This document shows, piece by piece, positions 1 through 10,262 of a stretch of DNA of 64,000 nucleotides. Numbering within the stretch: the stretch's first letter is position 1; the number at the start of each line of letters is the position of its first letter. The notes below the pieces were generated by a model. That model did not search any database, had not been told where the DNA came from, and saw nothing but the letters and a program-made list of their open reading frames with translations. The stretch covers positions 232,978 to 296,977 of the forward strand of contig CAVVCK010000002.1 in assembly GCA_963746775.1 (NCBI GenBank), given 5' to 3'. This stretch comes from an uncultured bacterium. GTDB taxonomy: Bacteria > Patescibacteriota > JABMPQ01 > CAVVCK01. The translations under genes were made by a program, and so were the position numbers.

Positions 1-143
1 ATTTTATAAGAAGGATTCGATACATCCCCGCCCATAAATCCAACTGCTGTTTCCTCTACTCCTTTCATTCCCATAAATTTGTCTTCCACATGCCAAAAAC
101 AGCCAGCACCAAAGGTAGCTTTCTTTAGATTTTGATTATTCAT
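1..143 (-). CDS. msrA: Peptide methionine sulfoxide reductase MsrA, N-terminal part (3' end cut by window edge)
   Basis: Minus-strand translation from ATG at 143: [47 protein letters not shown], matching the MsrA N-terminal GCFW active-site region. Not in ORF track because it is truncated. Confidence 0.55.
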   Translation of the reverse strand, partial: MNNQNLKKATFGAGCFWHVEDKFMGMKGVEETAVGFMGGDVSNPSYK

Positions 144-217
144 ATTTTTCCTTTCAAATAAATTAATTATTAAATAAATATTTATCTTCCATTTATTTAT
201 GCGTAATACCCTATATT

Positions 218-544
218 TTAATTAATCCTTTTCAAATCTTTCTTCGCCGGTCCTTCTAGAACTTTACCATTAATATCAAATCTAGATTCATGGCAAGGAC
301 AAAGCCAATTTTTATTTTCCTTATCCCATGAAACAATACAGCCCAGATGAGTGCAAACAGCTGATAATTTTATAATCTCCCCGGCTTCATTTTTATAGCA
401 AGCAATTTTCTTATTATTTTCTTTAATAATTTTCCCTTCATCTTTGGCTAGGCTTTCCAAATCGTTATTTGTCTCCATAGTTTTCCCTTTTATTAAATTA
501 GGTAAATAAAATATTCCCTGTTTTATAAATTTTAATATTTTCAT
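218..544 (-). CDS. Rieske [2Fe-2S] domain protein
   Basis: CTHLGC ... CPCHES motifs (CXH-X15-17-CXXH Rieske boxes) in 108-aa ORF. Confidence 0.7.
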   Translation of the reverse strand: MKILKFIKQGIFYLPNLIKGKTMETNNDLESLAKDEGKIIKENNKKIACYKNEAGEIIKLSAVCTHLGCIVSWDKENKNWLCPCHESRFDINGKVLEGPAKKDLKRIN

Positions 545-548
545 ATAT

Positions 549-1289
549 TTATCTTAATGTCCAGCCGCCATCTACAATTATAGTCTGGCCGGTTATATAA
601 TTTGATTTTTCAGATGCTAGAAATGAAACTACATTAGCAATATCTTTCGGCTGACCCATGCGAGCCAAAGGAATCATAGCTATGGTTTGTTTTTGCCTCT
701 CTTCATTACTACCCCGGCTTGCCCCCGGAGTATTAATCGCTCCTGGCGCTACAGCGTTAACCGTTATCTTTTGCGGAGCAAGCTCTAGAGCTAGAGCTCG
801 AATCATGCTGTTGATAGCTCCCTTAGAAGCGCAATAATGAACTAGTCCTTCGAAGCCTACAAAAGCGGCTACGGAAGACGTATTAATTATTCTTCCGCCC
901 TCGGACATAATTTTAGCTGCTTCCTGAGAACATAAAAAAACGCTTTTCAAATTAACATTTAGAACCTTATCCCAATCTTCCTCTTTCATATCTTTAAAAG
1001 GAACAAAAGGAAATATACCCGCATTGTTAGCTAAAATATCAAGCTTTTTAAATTTTTCCATCGTTTCTTTAAAAAGATTTTCTACTTCTGATTTTTTAGA
1101 TACATCACACTTAACTGCTAATGATTCTACGCTCATTCCTCTTATCTCTTCCGCAACTTTTTCACCATCTTCTTGATTAATGTCAGAAACAACCATGTTG
1201 CATCCTTCTTGAGCTAGGGCTAAAGCAATACCTCTGCCTATACCTCTGCCTGCTCCGGTAACTATAGCTATTTTGCTTTTTAGATTCAT
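549..1289 (-). CDS. Short-chain dehydrogenase/reductase (FabG-like 3-oxoacyl-ACP reductase family)
   Basis: N-terminal TGAGRGIGRGIA Rossmann motif, YxxxK-type SDR architecture, 246 aa. Confidence 0.8.
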   Translation of the reverse strand: MNLKSKIAIVTGAGRGIGRGIALALAQEGCNMVVSDINQEDGEKVAEEIRGMSVESLAVKCDVSKKSEVENLFKETMEKFKKLDILANNAGIFPFVPFKDMKEEDWDKVLNVNLKSVFLCSQEAAKIMSEGGRIINTSSVAAFVGFEGLVHYCASKGAINSMIRALALELAPQKITVNAVAPGAINTPGASRGSNEERQKQTIAMIPLARMGQPKDIANVVSFLASEKSNYITGQTIIVDGGWTLR

Positions 1290-1295
1290 ATTTTT

Positions 1296-1772
1296 TTATT
1301 TATTTATTATACTACTAATTTTTTGACCCCACTTAAAAGCTCGCTCCAGCTCTAATCTCCTTAATGGTCCCTCTTTATCCATTACTACAAAACCTTCAGG
1401 ATCTACTATTAAATTACCTTCTCTTCTCTGTAAAACTTTAGTAATGCGCCAAGCTGCATAGCCAATCAGATTTATAATAAAGCATATCCAGACAGGCTGT
1501 TCTTTTAGTGAAATCCTGGTATCAAAAGAAGTTACTTTTATATTTTTAAGTGCACCTCTGGGAATACTTTTTAAAAATCTTTGGATATTAGCAGTTGCTC
1601 TGCCAGCATGAGTAGGAGAACCCACTATAAGCAAACCAATATCTTTTAAATCAGAAAATCTTGTTTCTTTGGCTGACAAGATTTCTGCATCTTTAACTAT
1701 AGCACTATTTATAACTTGAGCCACTTTTCTAGTATTTCCATACAAGGAATCAAAAATTATATAAGTTTTCAT
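1296..1772 (-). CDS. Flavodoxin-like fold protein
   Basis: MKTYIIFDSLYGNTRKVA N-terminus typical of flavodoxin/WrbA-like FMN-binding proteins. Confidence 0.45.
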   Translation of the reverse strand: MKTYIIFDSLYGNTRKVAQVINSAIVKDAEILSAKETRFSDLKDIGLLIVGSPTHAGRATANIQRFLKSIPRGALKNIKVTSFDTRISLKEQPVWICFIINLIGYAAWRITKVLQRREGNLIVDPEGFVVMDKEGPLRRLELERAFKWGQKISSIINK

Positions 1773-2176
1773 TCTTTATTTTTACAATTTAAACAAAATC
1801 CTCTATGTACGCAAATAACTCCTCTACATTTTTCACATTTCCATCTCTTATTTTCAGCTTTAATAAACTTTCTAATTCCAAATTCTTTTATAAATTCAAG
1901 ATTTTCCAGCATACTTATATTATACCTTGTCTTATATCTTTTATCTAATTGTTTTAATCTTCGACATGGGTATTTTTCACACTTAAAACAATATTTAGAA
2001 TTTTTTTCTTTTAAATATTTACATTTTCTAATAATACATTTTTTACAATATTCATGATTAGTGTCTTTTCTGCAACTAGGACATTTATTTTTCTTGCGCA
2101 AATATCCTAAACATATGCCGCAATTCATACCACAGGGAGCTATATGATAAGATTTTATATTTGTTTTATTTTTCAT
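1769..2176 (-). CDS. Cysteine-rich hypothetical protein (DUF3795-like, many CxxC pairs)
   Basis: 135-aa ORF with >16 Cys in CxxC/CxC spacing; no confident family assignment. Confidence 0.3.
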   Translation of the reverse strand: MKNKTNIKSYHIAPCGMNCGICLGYLRKKNKCPSCRKDTNHEYCKKCIIRKCKYLKEKNSKYCFKCEKYPCRRLKQLDKRYKTRYNISMLENLEFIKEFGIRKFIKAENKRWKCEKCRGVICVHRGFCLNCKNKE

Positions 2177-3376
2177 TTATTTTAAAATAACAATTTTATT
2201 TTTCTTAAATACAAATGAAATACCAGCTATAGTAGCTAAGCTCGCTCCAAAAATAAAGACGGCAGAAGGTGAAATATATTTCCATAAAAAACCAGCTAGA
2301 ATGGAAGAAAACAAAATACAAATTCCATTAACCATTTGGTAAGCGCCAAAGGCTGTAGCTGATTTCTCTGTCTCTACATCCCGGGCAATATAGGCCCGAC
2401 TAATACCATCGCTTATGGCCATATAAATCCCGTACATGAAAAATAATACCCAAATTAAGACTGGCATTTTGAATAATCCCAAGCCCAAATAAATTAGGGC
2501 AAAAAGAAAGAAACTAACACTTAAAATTTTTTTAGGACCTATTTTATCACTTAAGATTCCTGCCGGGTAAGAAAAAAGCGAATAGCTTAAATTATAAACA
2601 ACATAAACAGCCACAGTCAAAACCAATCCCAATCCCAAATCCTGCGCTCTTAAAATTAAAAAGGCATCCGAGCTATTGCCTATAGCAAAAATAGCACTAA
2701 TGATTAAAAAATATTTAAAATTAGGATTAAATTCACTCCATTTGATTTTTAAATTTACTTTTTGTTTTTTTAGAATTTCTTGTCTATTTAATTCTTTTTT
2801 CTTTTCTTTAACAAAAACAGTTAAAATTAAAATTCCTAATACAGACGGCACAAAAGCCCAGAAAAATATTGGTCGATAACTCTCTTTAAAAATAGTTATC
2901 ATTACCAGAGCAAGCAAGGGTCCAATCATTGCTCCTAAACTATCAAGAGACCGATGCAAACCAAAAGCACGACCCTGGTTTTCTGATTTAACACTTTCTA
3001 AAATCAAAGCATCTCTGGCTGCCGTTCTTGTCCCTTTGCCAAAACGATCAATAAAACGTGCCAAAAATACAAAGGGCCAGCTATAGGCTAGGCCAATTAA
3101 TATTTTAGAAATACCCGATAAAAAATAGCCAAGGGTAACAAAAATTTTTCTTTTTCTCAGACGATCAGATATAAAGCCTGAAACAAGTTTCAATAAACTG
3201 GCTGTTGATTCAGCTATACCTTCAATAAGCCCAATAACAGTAGCCGGCGCGCCTAAAACATTTTTTAAAAACAAAGGGATAATCGGATAAACCATTTCTG
3301 AAGAAATATCATTGAGTAAGCTGACAAATCCCATTGCCCAAATATTTTTAGGTAATTTATTTTTATTTTTAACCAT
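2177..3376 (-). CDS. MFS transporter
   Basis: 399 aa, ~12 predicted TM helices, GxLxDRxGRR-like loop motif (SDRLRKRK). Confidence 0.7.
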   Translation of the reverse strand: MVKNKNKLPKNIWAMGFVSLLNDISSEMVYPIIPLFLKNVLGAPATVIGLIEGIAESTASLLKLVSGFISDRLRKRKIFVTLGYFLSGISKILIGLAYSWPFVFLARFIDRFGKGTRTAARDALILESVKSENQGRAFGLHRSLDSLGAMIGPLLALVMITIFKESYRPIFFWAFVPSVLGILILTVFVKEKKKELNRQEILKKQKVNLKIKWSEFNPNFKYFLIISAIFAIGNSSDAFLILRAQDLGLGLVLTVAVYVVYNLSYSLFSYPAGILSDKIGPKKILSVSFFLFALIYLGLGLFKMPVLIWVLFFMYGIYMAISDGISRAYIARDVETEKSATAFGAYQMVNGICILFSSILAGFLWKYISPSAVFIFGASLATIAGISFVFKKNKIVILK

Positions 3377-3481
3377 ATTTATTTCTAATCATCTTGGAAT
3401 AACACGGCTTTAGCCTATTATCTCAATACCTTAGAAACATGCAAAAGCTTATCATTACTTATTTTGTTCAAATATTTAACT

Positions 3482-4261
3482 TTAAATAACTTTGAATAAG
3501 AAAAGTATTAAAAATATTAATCCTAAAACAATTCTATAATAGCCAAAAAAATTAAAGCCATGTTTTTCTACAAATTTAATAAAAAATTTTACTGCCATAT
3601 ATGCAGCTACAAAAGCAACTAAACCTCCTAGCAATAAAAGAAATATTTCATAGCCACCTATATTGGCTGGAGTTTTTAATAAATCATAAGCTGTAGCCGC
3701 CAACATGGTAGGTACAGCTAATAAAAAAGAAAATTCCATAGCTTGTTTTTTATTAAAACCTCTGAATATGCCGCCAATAATAGTAGCGGCTGCCCTGGAT
3801 ACTCCGGGAACCATAGAAATGCTTTGAAAAAGTCCAATTAAAAAAGCGTTTTTATAACTAATATCTTCTAAGTCTTTATATTTAGAATCATTACTAACTA
3901 CTTTTTTATTAATTAAAATAAGTATTACACCACCTATAACCAGAGTTATAGATACAACTAGAGGACTAAATAAATACGTTTTTATAATTTTATAAAAAAG
4001 AAATCCTAAAATAGCTGTCGGGAAAAAGGCAACAAATAGTTTTTTATAAATAGTAAATGATTTTAAAAATCGACGAACATATAAAATTACTATCGCTAAA
4101 ATAGCTCCTATCTGAATTGCAATTTCAAAAGTTTTTAAAAAATCATCTTCTTTTAATCTTAATAAAGCCGAAGCTAAAATCATATGCCCTGTAGAAGAAA
4201 TAGGTAAGAATTCTGTTAAGCCTTCAACTATACCTAAAATTATGGTGTTGATAATGTTCAT
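3482..4261 (-). CDS. uppP: Undecaprenyl-diphosphatase UppP (BacA)
   Basis: N-terminal LGIVEGLTEFLPISSTGH motif, 259 aa polytopic membrane protein. Confidence 0.85.
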   Translation of the reverse strand: MNIINTIILGIVEGLTEFLPISSTGHMILASALLRLKEDDFLKTFEIAIQIGAILAIVILYVRRFLKSFTIYKKLFVAFFPTAILGFLFYKIIKTYLFSPLVVSITLVIGGVILILINKKVVSNDSKYKDLEDISYKNAFLIGLFQSISMVPGVSRAAATIIGGIFRGFNKKQAMEFSFLLAVPTMLAATAYDLLKTPANIGGYEIFLLLLGGLVAFVAAYMAVKFFIKFVEKHGFNFFGYYRIVLGLIFLILFLFKVI

Positions 4262-4268
4262 TGTTTTA

Positions 4269-4436
4269 TTATTTAATTTTTAAACCTCTTTTTTTTATTT
4301 CTTCTAAAATTTTTCCACCAAGTGGCCGGCATTGACAATTTTTAGCATGAGCCAGATGCCATTTAATCCTTTGATCAAGAGTTGGATTTTTGATCATTTT
4401 GTTAGCTAGGTGCCATTTTTTGTTTATTTTACCCAT
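4269..4436 (-). CDS. Small conserved-looking hypothetical protein (55 aa, below ORF-track cutoff)
   Basis: Minus-strand ORF MGKINKKWHLANKMIKNPTLDQRIKWHLAHAKNCQCRPLGGKILEEIKKRGLKIK; fills the uppP-tRNA gap; WH..HAKNCxCRP motif looks like a small metal-binding protein. Confidence 0.3.
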   Translation of the reverse strand: MGKINKKWHLANKMIKNPTLDQRIKWHLAHAKNCQCRPLGGKILEEIKKRGLKIK

Positions 4437-4588
4437 TTTATTATCTTAAAAATTAAAATTATTTATTTAAAAATATCAGATATAGAATTGCTTTCTGCCA
4501 CTTTGCCTGGATAGTTATGAATATTTAAACCATCCAATAAAGTTCTCAATAAATTTTGATGCTGATAAAAATAACTTAAAATCTTAAA

Positions 4589-4677
<89 letters not shown>

Positions 4678-4724
4678 ATTTACTCAATTTCCCTTATTAT
4701 ACCTTTATAAAACCAATAATTCAA

Positions 4725-4755
4725 CAAAAAAGGCTCTATATCAGAGCCTTTTTAT
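4725..4755. terminator. Bidirectional intrinsic terminator (A-run, GGCTCT/AGAGCC hairpin, T-run)
   Basis: aaaaaaGGCTCTatatcAGAGCCtttttatt downstream of the 947-aa minus-strand gene. Confidence 0.5.
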
Positions 4756-4791
4756 TCTTTATTCAAGATTCAAGATTCTAAATTCTATTCC

Positions 4792-7635
4792 CTAATTCAC
4801 TCCATGCCAATTTTCTATAACTGCTATATCTGCTCCGTTTCTTAAGGTTTCATCGCCAAAAGCAAAGAAATTAGGCCATGTCCTCCATTTTCCAGTGGGC
4901 TCAAAAGCTAGCACTTGCGGCCCATTAGAACCTATAGGGGAAATTAAAAGTTCATCTTTGCCATCAAGGTCAATATCACCTGGAATATTCTTAAAGTTTC
5001 CTCTGACATTCTGTTGGTAAACCCACCAGAAATTCTTTCTAGCACCATTCTTATCAAAAACATTAACTTGAGAAGAGCCATTATTGGGAGTAGTGTAAAT
5101 TCTATCTTCTATGCCGGCAGCAGTTAAACCCTGGTTTATAGGAGCATCATAAGCCCAAAAGTCTTTCTTAAGAGTCCCACCTACGGTATAGATCCAGACC
5201 TTGGGTTCAGCTACACCATGATTAGGGGTAACTAATAATTCTTCTGCCCCGTCATCATACTGGAATGTTCCTAAGTTGCAGCCATTAGCGCCATATGGAG
5301 CATCAAATTGATTAATTAATTCCCAGTTATCTACGCCAGTAGCATCTTTAAATATTTTAACGCGTGGACTGTAATCTCCTGTGAGACAAGCTGCTATGTC
5401 ATCTTGAAAACCATCATTATCAAAATCTCCGGAAACCATAGAAAGACCATCTCTAATAGAGCTGGTATTAGCTTTATCATCGGGTTTTTGGAAAAGGAAC
5501 ATTTGTCCTTTAAGTACTAGAGAACCATCTTCTCTGAGGCCCATAACTCTTGCTTGAGGACCACCATTATTAATCGCAAAGATTACAAACTGATCCTTTA
5601 CTCCATTATTGTTTTGATCAATGGACACTATGCCTGCTCCACCAAGATAAGAAGGTGGGAAAAGACCTTCGTTAATTTTAACATCCGTTGCATTACCATG
5701 TCTATCATAAGCCCAAAGACGAGTTGTCTCTCCTGGACCGGAGGTGGTGAGGATTTTGGGATTTTTTATTAATTCTATATCTCCCTCCTGATCAGACTGT
5801 TCTTCATCAGTACCTTCATCGGTACCTTCATCAGTATCATCTCCGTCTTGTTCTTCAGATTCTATCGTAAATGTCCAGGAAGAAGTAAGGGCATTATTAG
5901 AAACATCTTCCACACTAACATCAACAGTTACCGAAGCATCGTAGCTAAAATCTGAATCAGGATTAATAGTTATATCATATCCATCAAACCCGTCTGCTGT
6001 TATAGTACAAGAATAGCCTGCCTGGCAAGAGCCAGCAGATATAGCGGTATTACTTCCCACTGTAGCTGTCAAAGAGCTAGAATCTACACCAGAACTATCA
6101 TCATCTAATTCAAAATATATATTGGTATCTCTAGAAACGTCAGCAGCTAAATCAGCAGGACTACGACCAGAAATAGTGGGGCTAGTAGAATCACTACTCG
6201 GTCCTGACTCCATGGTAAATGTCCAAGAATCTGTTCCATTCTGACTAAGATAATCGTCAGCACTTACATTGACACTTATTGAGGCATCATAACTAAAATC
6301 TGTATCTGGGTTTATGGTTACATTATAACCAAAACCGTCTTGTGTAATCGTACAAGCATAACCTGCCTGGCAAGCACCAGCAGATATAGCAGAATCGCCT
6401 CCTACTGTAACTGTAAGAGAAGTTGAATCTACACCTAAATCATCATCTAATTCAAAATAAATATCAGAATCTAGAGCTATATCACTAGCAGCGCTAGCAG
6501 GATTTTGTCCGGTAACAGTTGGACCAGCATCATCAGCTAATTCCCATACTTCTGTACCACCCCAGTTATAAGTTCCAAAATATAATTTACCATCGTACCC
6601 GACTGATGAAAAAATACTCTCATTACCACCCCCAAATCCACCAGTATTCACTTGAGTCCAAGAAGAACCATCGTAAGCCCATACCTCCCCTCCATCACCA
6701 CCATAGCGTTGATCTGTACTGGCATATAATCCATTTCCATAAACAAGCAAGCTACTAATACCTACGTTGTCCCCATCACCAAAGCCATTATTAATATCTT
6801 CCTCTGACCAATCTGATCCATCAAAAGACCAAATTTGCCCTCTTTTACCCACGTAAGAACTAAAAGTTCCTACATATAATTTATTATTATAAACTACCGC
6901 AGAAACTGATGCTTCATTACTGCCATCTACCGCACCAAACGCATCAGTGTTTGACTGAGTCCAGGTAGAACCATCATAAACGTACACTTGAGTACCTACA
7001 AATGAATTGCTAGTGCCCGCGTAAAGATTACCATCGTAGGTAACTAAAAAAGGAATATTTACATTATGAGTATCTCCAAAACCATCACCAATAAGATTTG
7101 TTGACCAGCTAGTTCCATCATAAGAGAAAATTTGCGATCCACCAGAATTTGCACTACCAACATACAACACATTATCATATACTGCCATAGCTTTAAATTC
7201 GAGATTACCACTATCTCCAAAGCCATCAGCAGTCTCCTGGTTAAAAGTAGTTGAAACACCGTCGTATGTCCAAACTTCTCCACCGCTAACACTGAAATAT
7301 AATAAACCATCATATACTGCCATAGATTCTATCCAAGGATTATCGGTTGTAGTACTAAAATCGTAAATCATACTCCAAGAACCATCATATTCCCATAATT
7401 GTGCTCCACTACCATTGTATACTCCAGCATATAGTTTACTATTATAAGACGCTAGCGCATAAGTTGAATAACTACTGCTACTACCAAAACCAGCAGTATT
7501 AGACTGCGTCCAAACTAAACTAGCCTGACTGAAACCCAAAGGTAAAAATAGAAAAAATGAAAAAACTACTAACAAAGCAAACTTTTTTTTCATATTTATT
7601 TTTTTTATTTTTAAATTAATAAAATAATGATACAA
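4792..7635 (-). CDS. Large secreted surface protein: N-terminal beta-propeller repeats (LYxGT...W..DGSxW), Ig-like domains, acidic linker, C-terminal FG-GAP/VCBS-like repeats
   Basis: Signal peptide plus TM-like N-terminus; >10 repeats of YDGSxW/LYAGT; two ~100-aa Ig-like modules with CQAGY(A/S)CTIT; DEGTDEGTDEE linker; FDNDGFQDD repeats; paralogous to N-terminal part of ORF 20327..24433. Confidence 0.6.
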   Translation of the reverse strand: MYHYFINLKIKKINMKKKFALLVVFSFFLFLPLGFSQASLVWTQSNTAGFGSSSSYSTYALASYNSKLYAGVYNGSGAQLWEYDGSWSMIYDFSTTTDNPWIESMAVYDGLLYFSVSGGEVWTYDGVSTTFNQETADGFGDSGNLEFKAMAVYDNVLYVGSANSGGSQIFSYDGTSWSTNLIGDGFGDTHNVNIPFLVTYDGNLYAGTSNSFVGTQVYVYDGSTWTQSNTDAFGAVDGSNEASVSAVVYNNKLYVGTFSSYVGKRGQIWSFDGSDWSEEDINNGFGDGDNVGISSLLVYGNGLYASTDQRYGGDGGEVWAYDGSSWTQVNTGGFGGGNESIFSSVGYDGKLYFGTYNWGGTEVWELADDAGPTVTGQNPASAASDIALDSDIYFELDDDLGVDSTSLTVTVGGDSAISAGACQAGYACTITQDGFGYNVTINPDTDFSYDASISVNVSADDYLSQNGTDSWTFTMESGPSSDSTSPTISGRSPADLAADVSRDTNIYFELDDDSSGVDSSSLTATVGSNTAISAGSCQAGYSCTITADGFDGYDITINPDSDFSYDASVTVDVSVEDVSNNALTSSWTFTIESEEQDGDDTDEGTDEGTDEEQSDQEGDIELIKNPKILTTSGPGETTRLWAYDRHGNATDVKINEGLFPPSYLGGAGIVSIDQNNNGVKDQFVIFAINNGGPQARVMGLREDGSLVLKGQMFLFQKPDDKANTSSIRDGLSMVSGDFDNDGFQDDIAACLTGDYSPRVKIFKDATGVDNWELINQFDAPYGANGCNLGTFQYDDGAEELLVTPNHGVAEPKVWIYTVGGTLKKDFWAYDAPINQGLTAAGIEDRIYTTPNNGSSQVNVFDKNGARKNFWWVYQQNVRGNFKNIPGDIDLDGKDELLISPIGSNGPQVLAFEPTGKWRTWPNFFAFGDETLRNGADIAVIENWHGVN

Positions 7636-7737
7636 AAAATAACATTACTACTAATACATTCGTTTATTGTTTAAGTATAGCAAATATTTTTGTTTTTTTC
7701 AACAGCAGATGTTAATAAGTTTTTCTACTTATTAGTT

Positions 7738-10179
7738 CTAATGTTTTAATTTCTCTTCAGTTTCCGCAATTTTTATAGTAGTCTTAATCACTGAATCAGG
7801 ATTAAGCGCTATAGAATCTATGCCTTGCTCTACTAAAAATTGGGCAAATTCTGGAAAATCAGATGGTCCCTGTCCACAGATACCAATCTTCCTGCCTTTT
7901 TCATGTGCTACTTTAATAGCTTGAGCTATCATTTTCTTTACAGCTTCATTTCTTTCATCGGCAATACTGGAAATAAGTCCACCACCATCACGATCAAGTC
8001 CCATGGTAAGCTGAGTTAAATCATTTGACCCTATAGAGAATCCATCAAATATTTCAGCAAACTCTTCGGCCAACATGACATTAGAAGGAATTTCACACAT
8101 TACATATATTTCAAAGCCATCTTCACCTTGCTTCAACCCATTTTCAGCCATAATTTTTATAACCTTCCTGCCTTCTTCGGGAGTTCTGCAAAACGGAATC
8201 ATTGCCTTCATATTTTTTAATCCCATCTCTTCACGAACACGTTTCAAAGCTTTACATTCTAAAATAAAAGCTTCTTTGTAATTATCAGAATAATATCTAG
8301 ATGCTCCTCTCCAGCCTAACATGGGATTTTCTTCATGCGGTTCAAATTGCCTGCCACCTAATAGATTCACGTATTCATTAGATTTAAAATCAGACATTCT
8401 TACAATTACGTCATTAGGGTAAAAAGCTGACACAATCTTGCCTACTCCAGAAGCTAATTTATCAACAAAATAATCTATTTTATTTTCATAGCCTGCTGTC
8501 ATTTCTTCTATTTGTGCCCTAGCTTCCTGATCTTTTAATTCATCGAAATGAATTAAAGCCAGCGGATGTATTTTAATATGATTTAAAATAATAAGTTCCT
8601 CACGAGCCAAGCCTACACCTTTATTAGGAATTTGAGCAAAATCAAAAACACGTGAAGTATCTGCCACAATCATCATTATCTTTGTTTTTGGTTCCCTCAT
8701 ATCAGATAAATCAGTTTCATCTATTCTAAATTTTAATTTACCTTTATAAACAAACCCTCTCTCACCTTCAGCGCAACTAACAGTAACATCCTCCCCTGAT
8801 TTAATAACTGTGGTTGCATCGCCAGTTCCAACGATAGCTGGAATTCCTAATTCCCTAGAAACAATAGCTGCATGTGAAGTTCTTCCGCCAGAATTAGTAA
8901 CAATACCTGATGCAATCTTCATAATTGGTTCCCAATCAGGATCAGTAATTTCTGTAACTAATACTTCTCCTTTTTTAAATTTACTAATATCAGCCACTTG
9001 TTTAATAACATTAGCTTTGCCTGCACCAATCATTCCGCCTACAGATACTCCTTCAGTTAATAATTCTCCTTTTTCTTCTAAAACATACTCTTTTAACACT
9101 TTTTTATCGTTTTGCGATTGGACTGTCTCTGGTCTAGCTTGAACTATAAATAATTCACCCGTTTTACCATCTTTAGCCCATTCGATATCCATCGGTTTTT
9201 TATAATGATCTTCAATTAAAGTTACCCAGTAAGCCATTTTTAATATCTCATCATCATTCAAAATAAAGTTTTTTCTTCTATCCTTTGAAACAACTGTTTC
9301 CTTAGTTGATCCTTCTGGAGATACTGCACCATCACTAGTATAGACCATTTTTATTTTCTTTGATCCCAATTTCTTCTCAACAATTGGTCTATATTTAAAT
9401 TTTGGATTACCATTCTCCCCACTAATCCCTTCTTTTAAGGTTGGTTTGAATACTATAAATTCATCAGGATCAACTTTCCCTTGTACTACCATCTCACCCA
9501 ATCCCCAAGCGCCAGTGATAACAGCTGCATTTTGGAATCCTGATTCTGTATCTATTGAAAATGCTACACCGGCAGATTCTAAATCTGAACGCACCATTTT
9601 CTGCACACCCACAGAAAGTGAAACATTAAAATGATCAAAATCTTTGTCTACTCTGTATGAAATAGCTCTATTGGTAAACAATGATGCAAAGCATTTTCTA
9701 GTTGCTTCCAGCACAATAGACACACCTCGAACATTTAAATACGTTTCTTGCTGCCCGGCAAAAGAAGCGTCAGGTAAATCTTCTGCAGTAGCCGATGATC
9801 TTACTGCTGTATCAACATTGTCCTCACCATATTGTCTACTTAATTTTTTATAAGCTTCCACTATTTCATCTTCTAAATCTTTAGGAAAATCTGCCATTAA
9901 AATTGTTTCTCTGGTTTGATAACCTCTGGTTCTTAAATCTTCAATATTTGATGTATCTACACCATTTAAAATACTCCTAATTTTATCACCAATTCCTGCT
10001 TCTTTAATAAAATAATCATAAGCAGCAGAAGTTATAGCAAAACCATTAGGAACTTTGATACCTTTTTTAGACATTTTCTGATACATTTCACCTAATGATG
10101 CATTTTTACCACCCGCTAAGGCAACATCATTCATATCTAACTCATCAAACCATAAAATAAATTTTTCTTTTTTTGTCAT
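7738..10179 (-). CDS. ppsA: Phosphoenolpyruvate synthase (pyruvate, water dikinase)
   Basis: 813 aa; N-terminal ATP-grasp, central phosphohistidine domain (GGRTSHAAIVSRELGIPA), C-terminal PEP-utilising TIM barrel. Confidence 0.9.
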   Translation of the reverse strand: MTKKEKFILWFDELDMNDVALAGGKNASLGEMYQKMSKKGIKVPNGFAITSAAYDYFIKEAGIGDKIRSILNGVDTSNIEDLRTRGYQTRETILMADFPKDLEDEIVEAYKKLSRQYGEDNVDTAVRSSATAEDLPDASFAGQQETYLNVRGVSIVLEATRKCFASLFTNRAISYRVDKDFDHFNVSLSVGVQKMVRSDLESAGVAFSIDTESGFQNAAVITGAWGLGEMVVQGKVDPDEFIVFKPTLKEGISGENGNPKFKYRPIVEKKLGSKKIKMVYTSDGAVSPEGSTKETVVSKDRRKNFILNDDEILKMAYWVTLIEDHYKKPMDIEWAKDGKTGELFIVQARPETVQSQNDKKVLKEYVLEEKGELLTEGVSVGGMIGAGKANVIKQVADISKFKKGEVLVTEITDPDWEPIMKIASGIVTNSGGRTSHAAIVSRELGIPAIVGTGDATTVIKSGEDVTVSCAEGERGFVYKGKLKFRIDETDLSDMREPKTKIMMIVADTSRVFDFAQIPNKGVGLAREELIILNHIKIHPLALIHFDELKDQEARAQIEEMTAGYENKIDYFVDKLASGVGKIVSAFYPNDVIVRMSDFKSNEYVNLLGGRQFEPHEENPMLGWRGASRYYSDNYKEAFILECKALKRVREEMGLKNMKAMIPFCRTPEEGRKVIKIMAENGLKQGEDGFEIYVMCEIPSNVMLAEEFAEIFDGFSIGSNDLTQLTMGLDRDGGGLISSIADERNEAVKKMIAQAIKVAHEKGRKIGICGQGPSDFPEFAQFLVEQGIDSIALNPDSVIKTTIKIAETEEKLKH

Positions 10180-10262
10180 AAATTTTATTAATTAAAATTT
10201 AATACTTAAATATTTTTTATATAAAAATTAAATAAACCATAACTTTTTATATTATGGTTTAT

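Noticed and set aside
1716-2057. 113-aa plus-strand ORF overlapping the flavodoxin-like and Cys-rich genes
   Set aside because: Low-complexity antisense ORF entirely inside two well-supported minus-strand genes. This is a typical AT-rich-genome artefact.
5554-9853. Multiple 60-110-aa plus-strand ORFs inside the giant surface-protein gene and ppsA (5554..5772, 6519..6758, 8075..8281, 8810..9142, 9446..9853)
   Set aside because: All are antisense to long, clearly real genes (ppsA is unambiguous). Their composition is His/Pro/Ser-rich as expected from the reverse complement of the coding strand.
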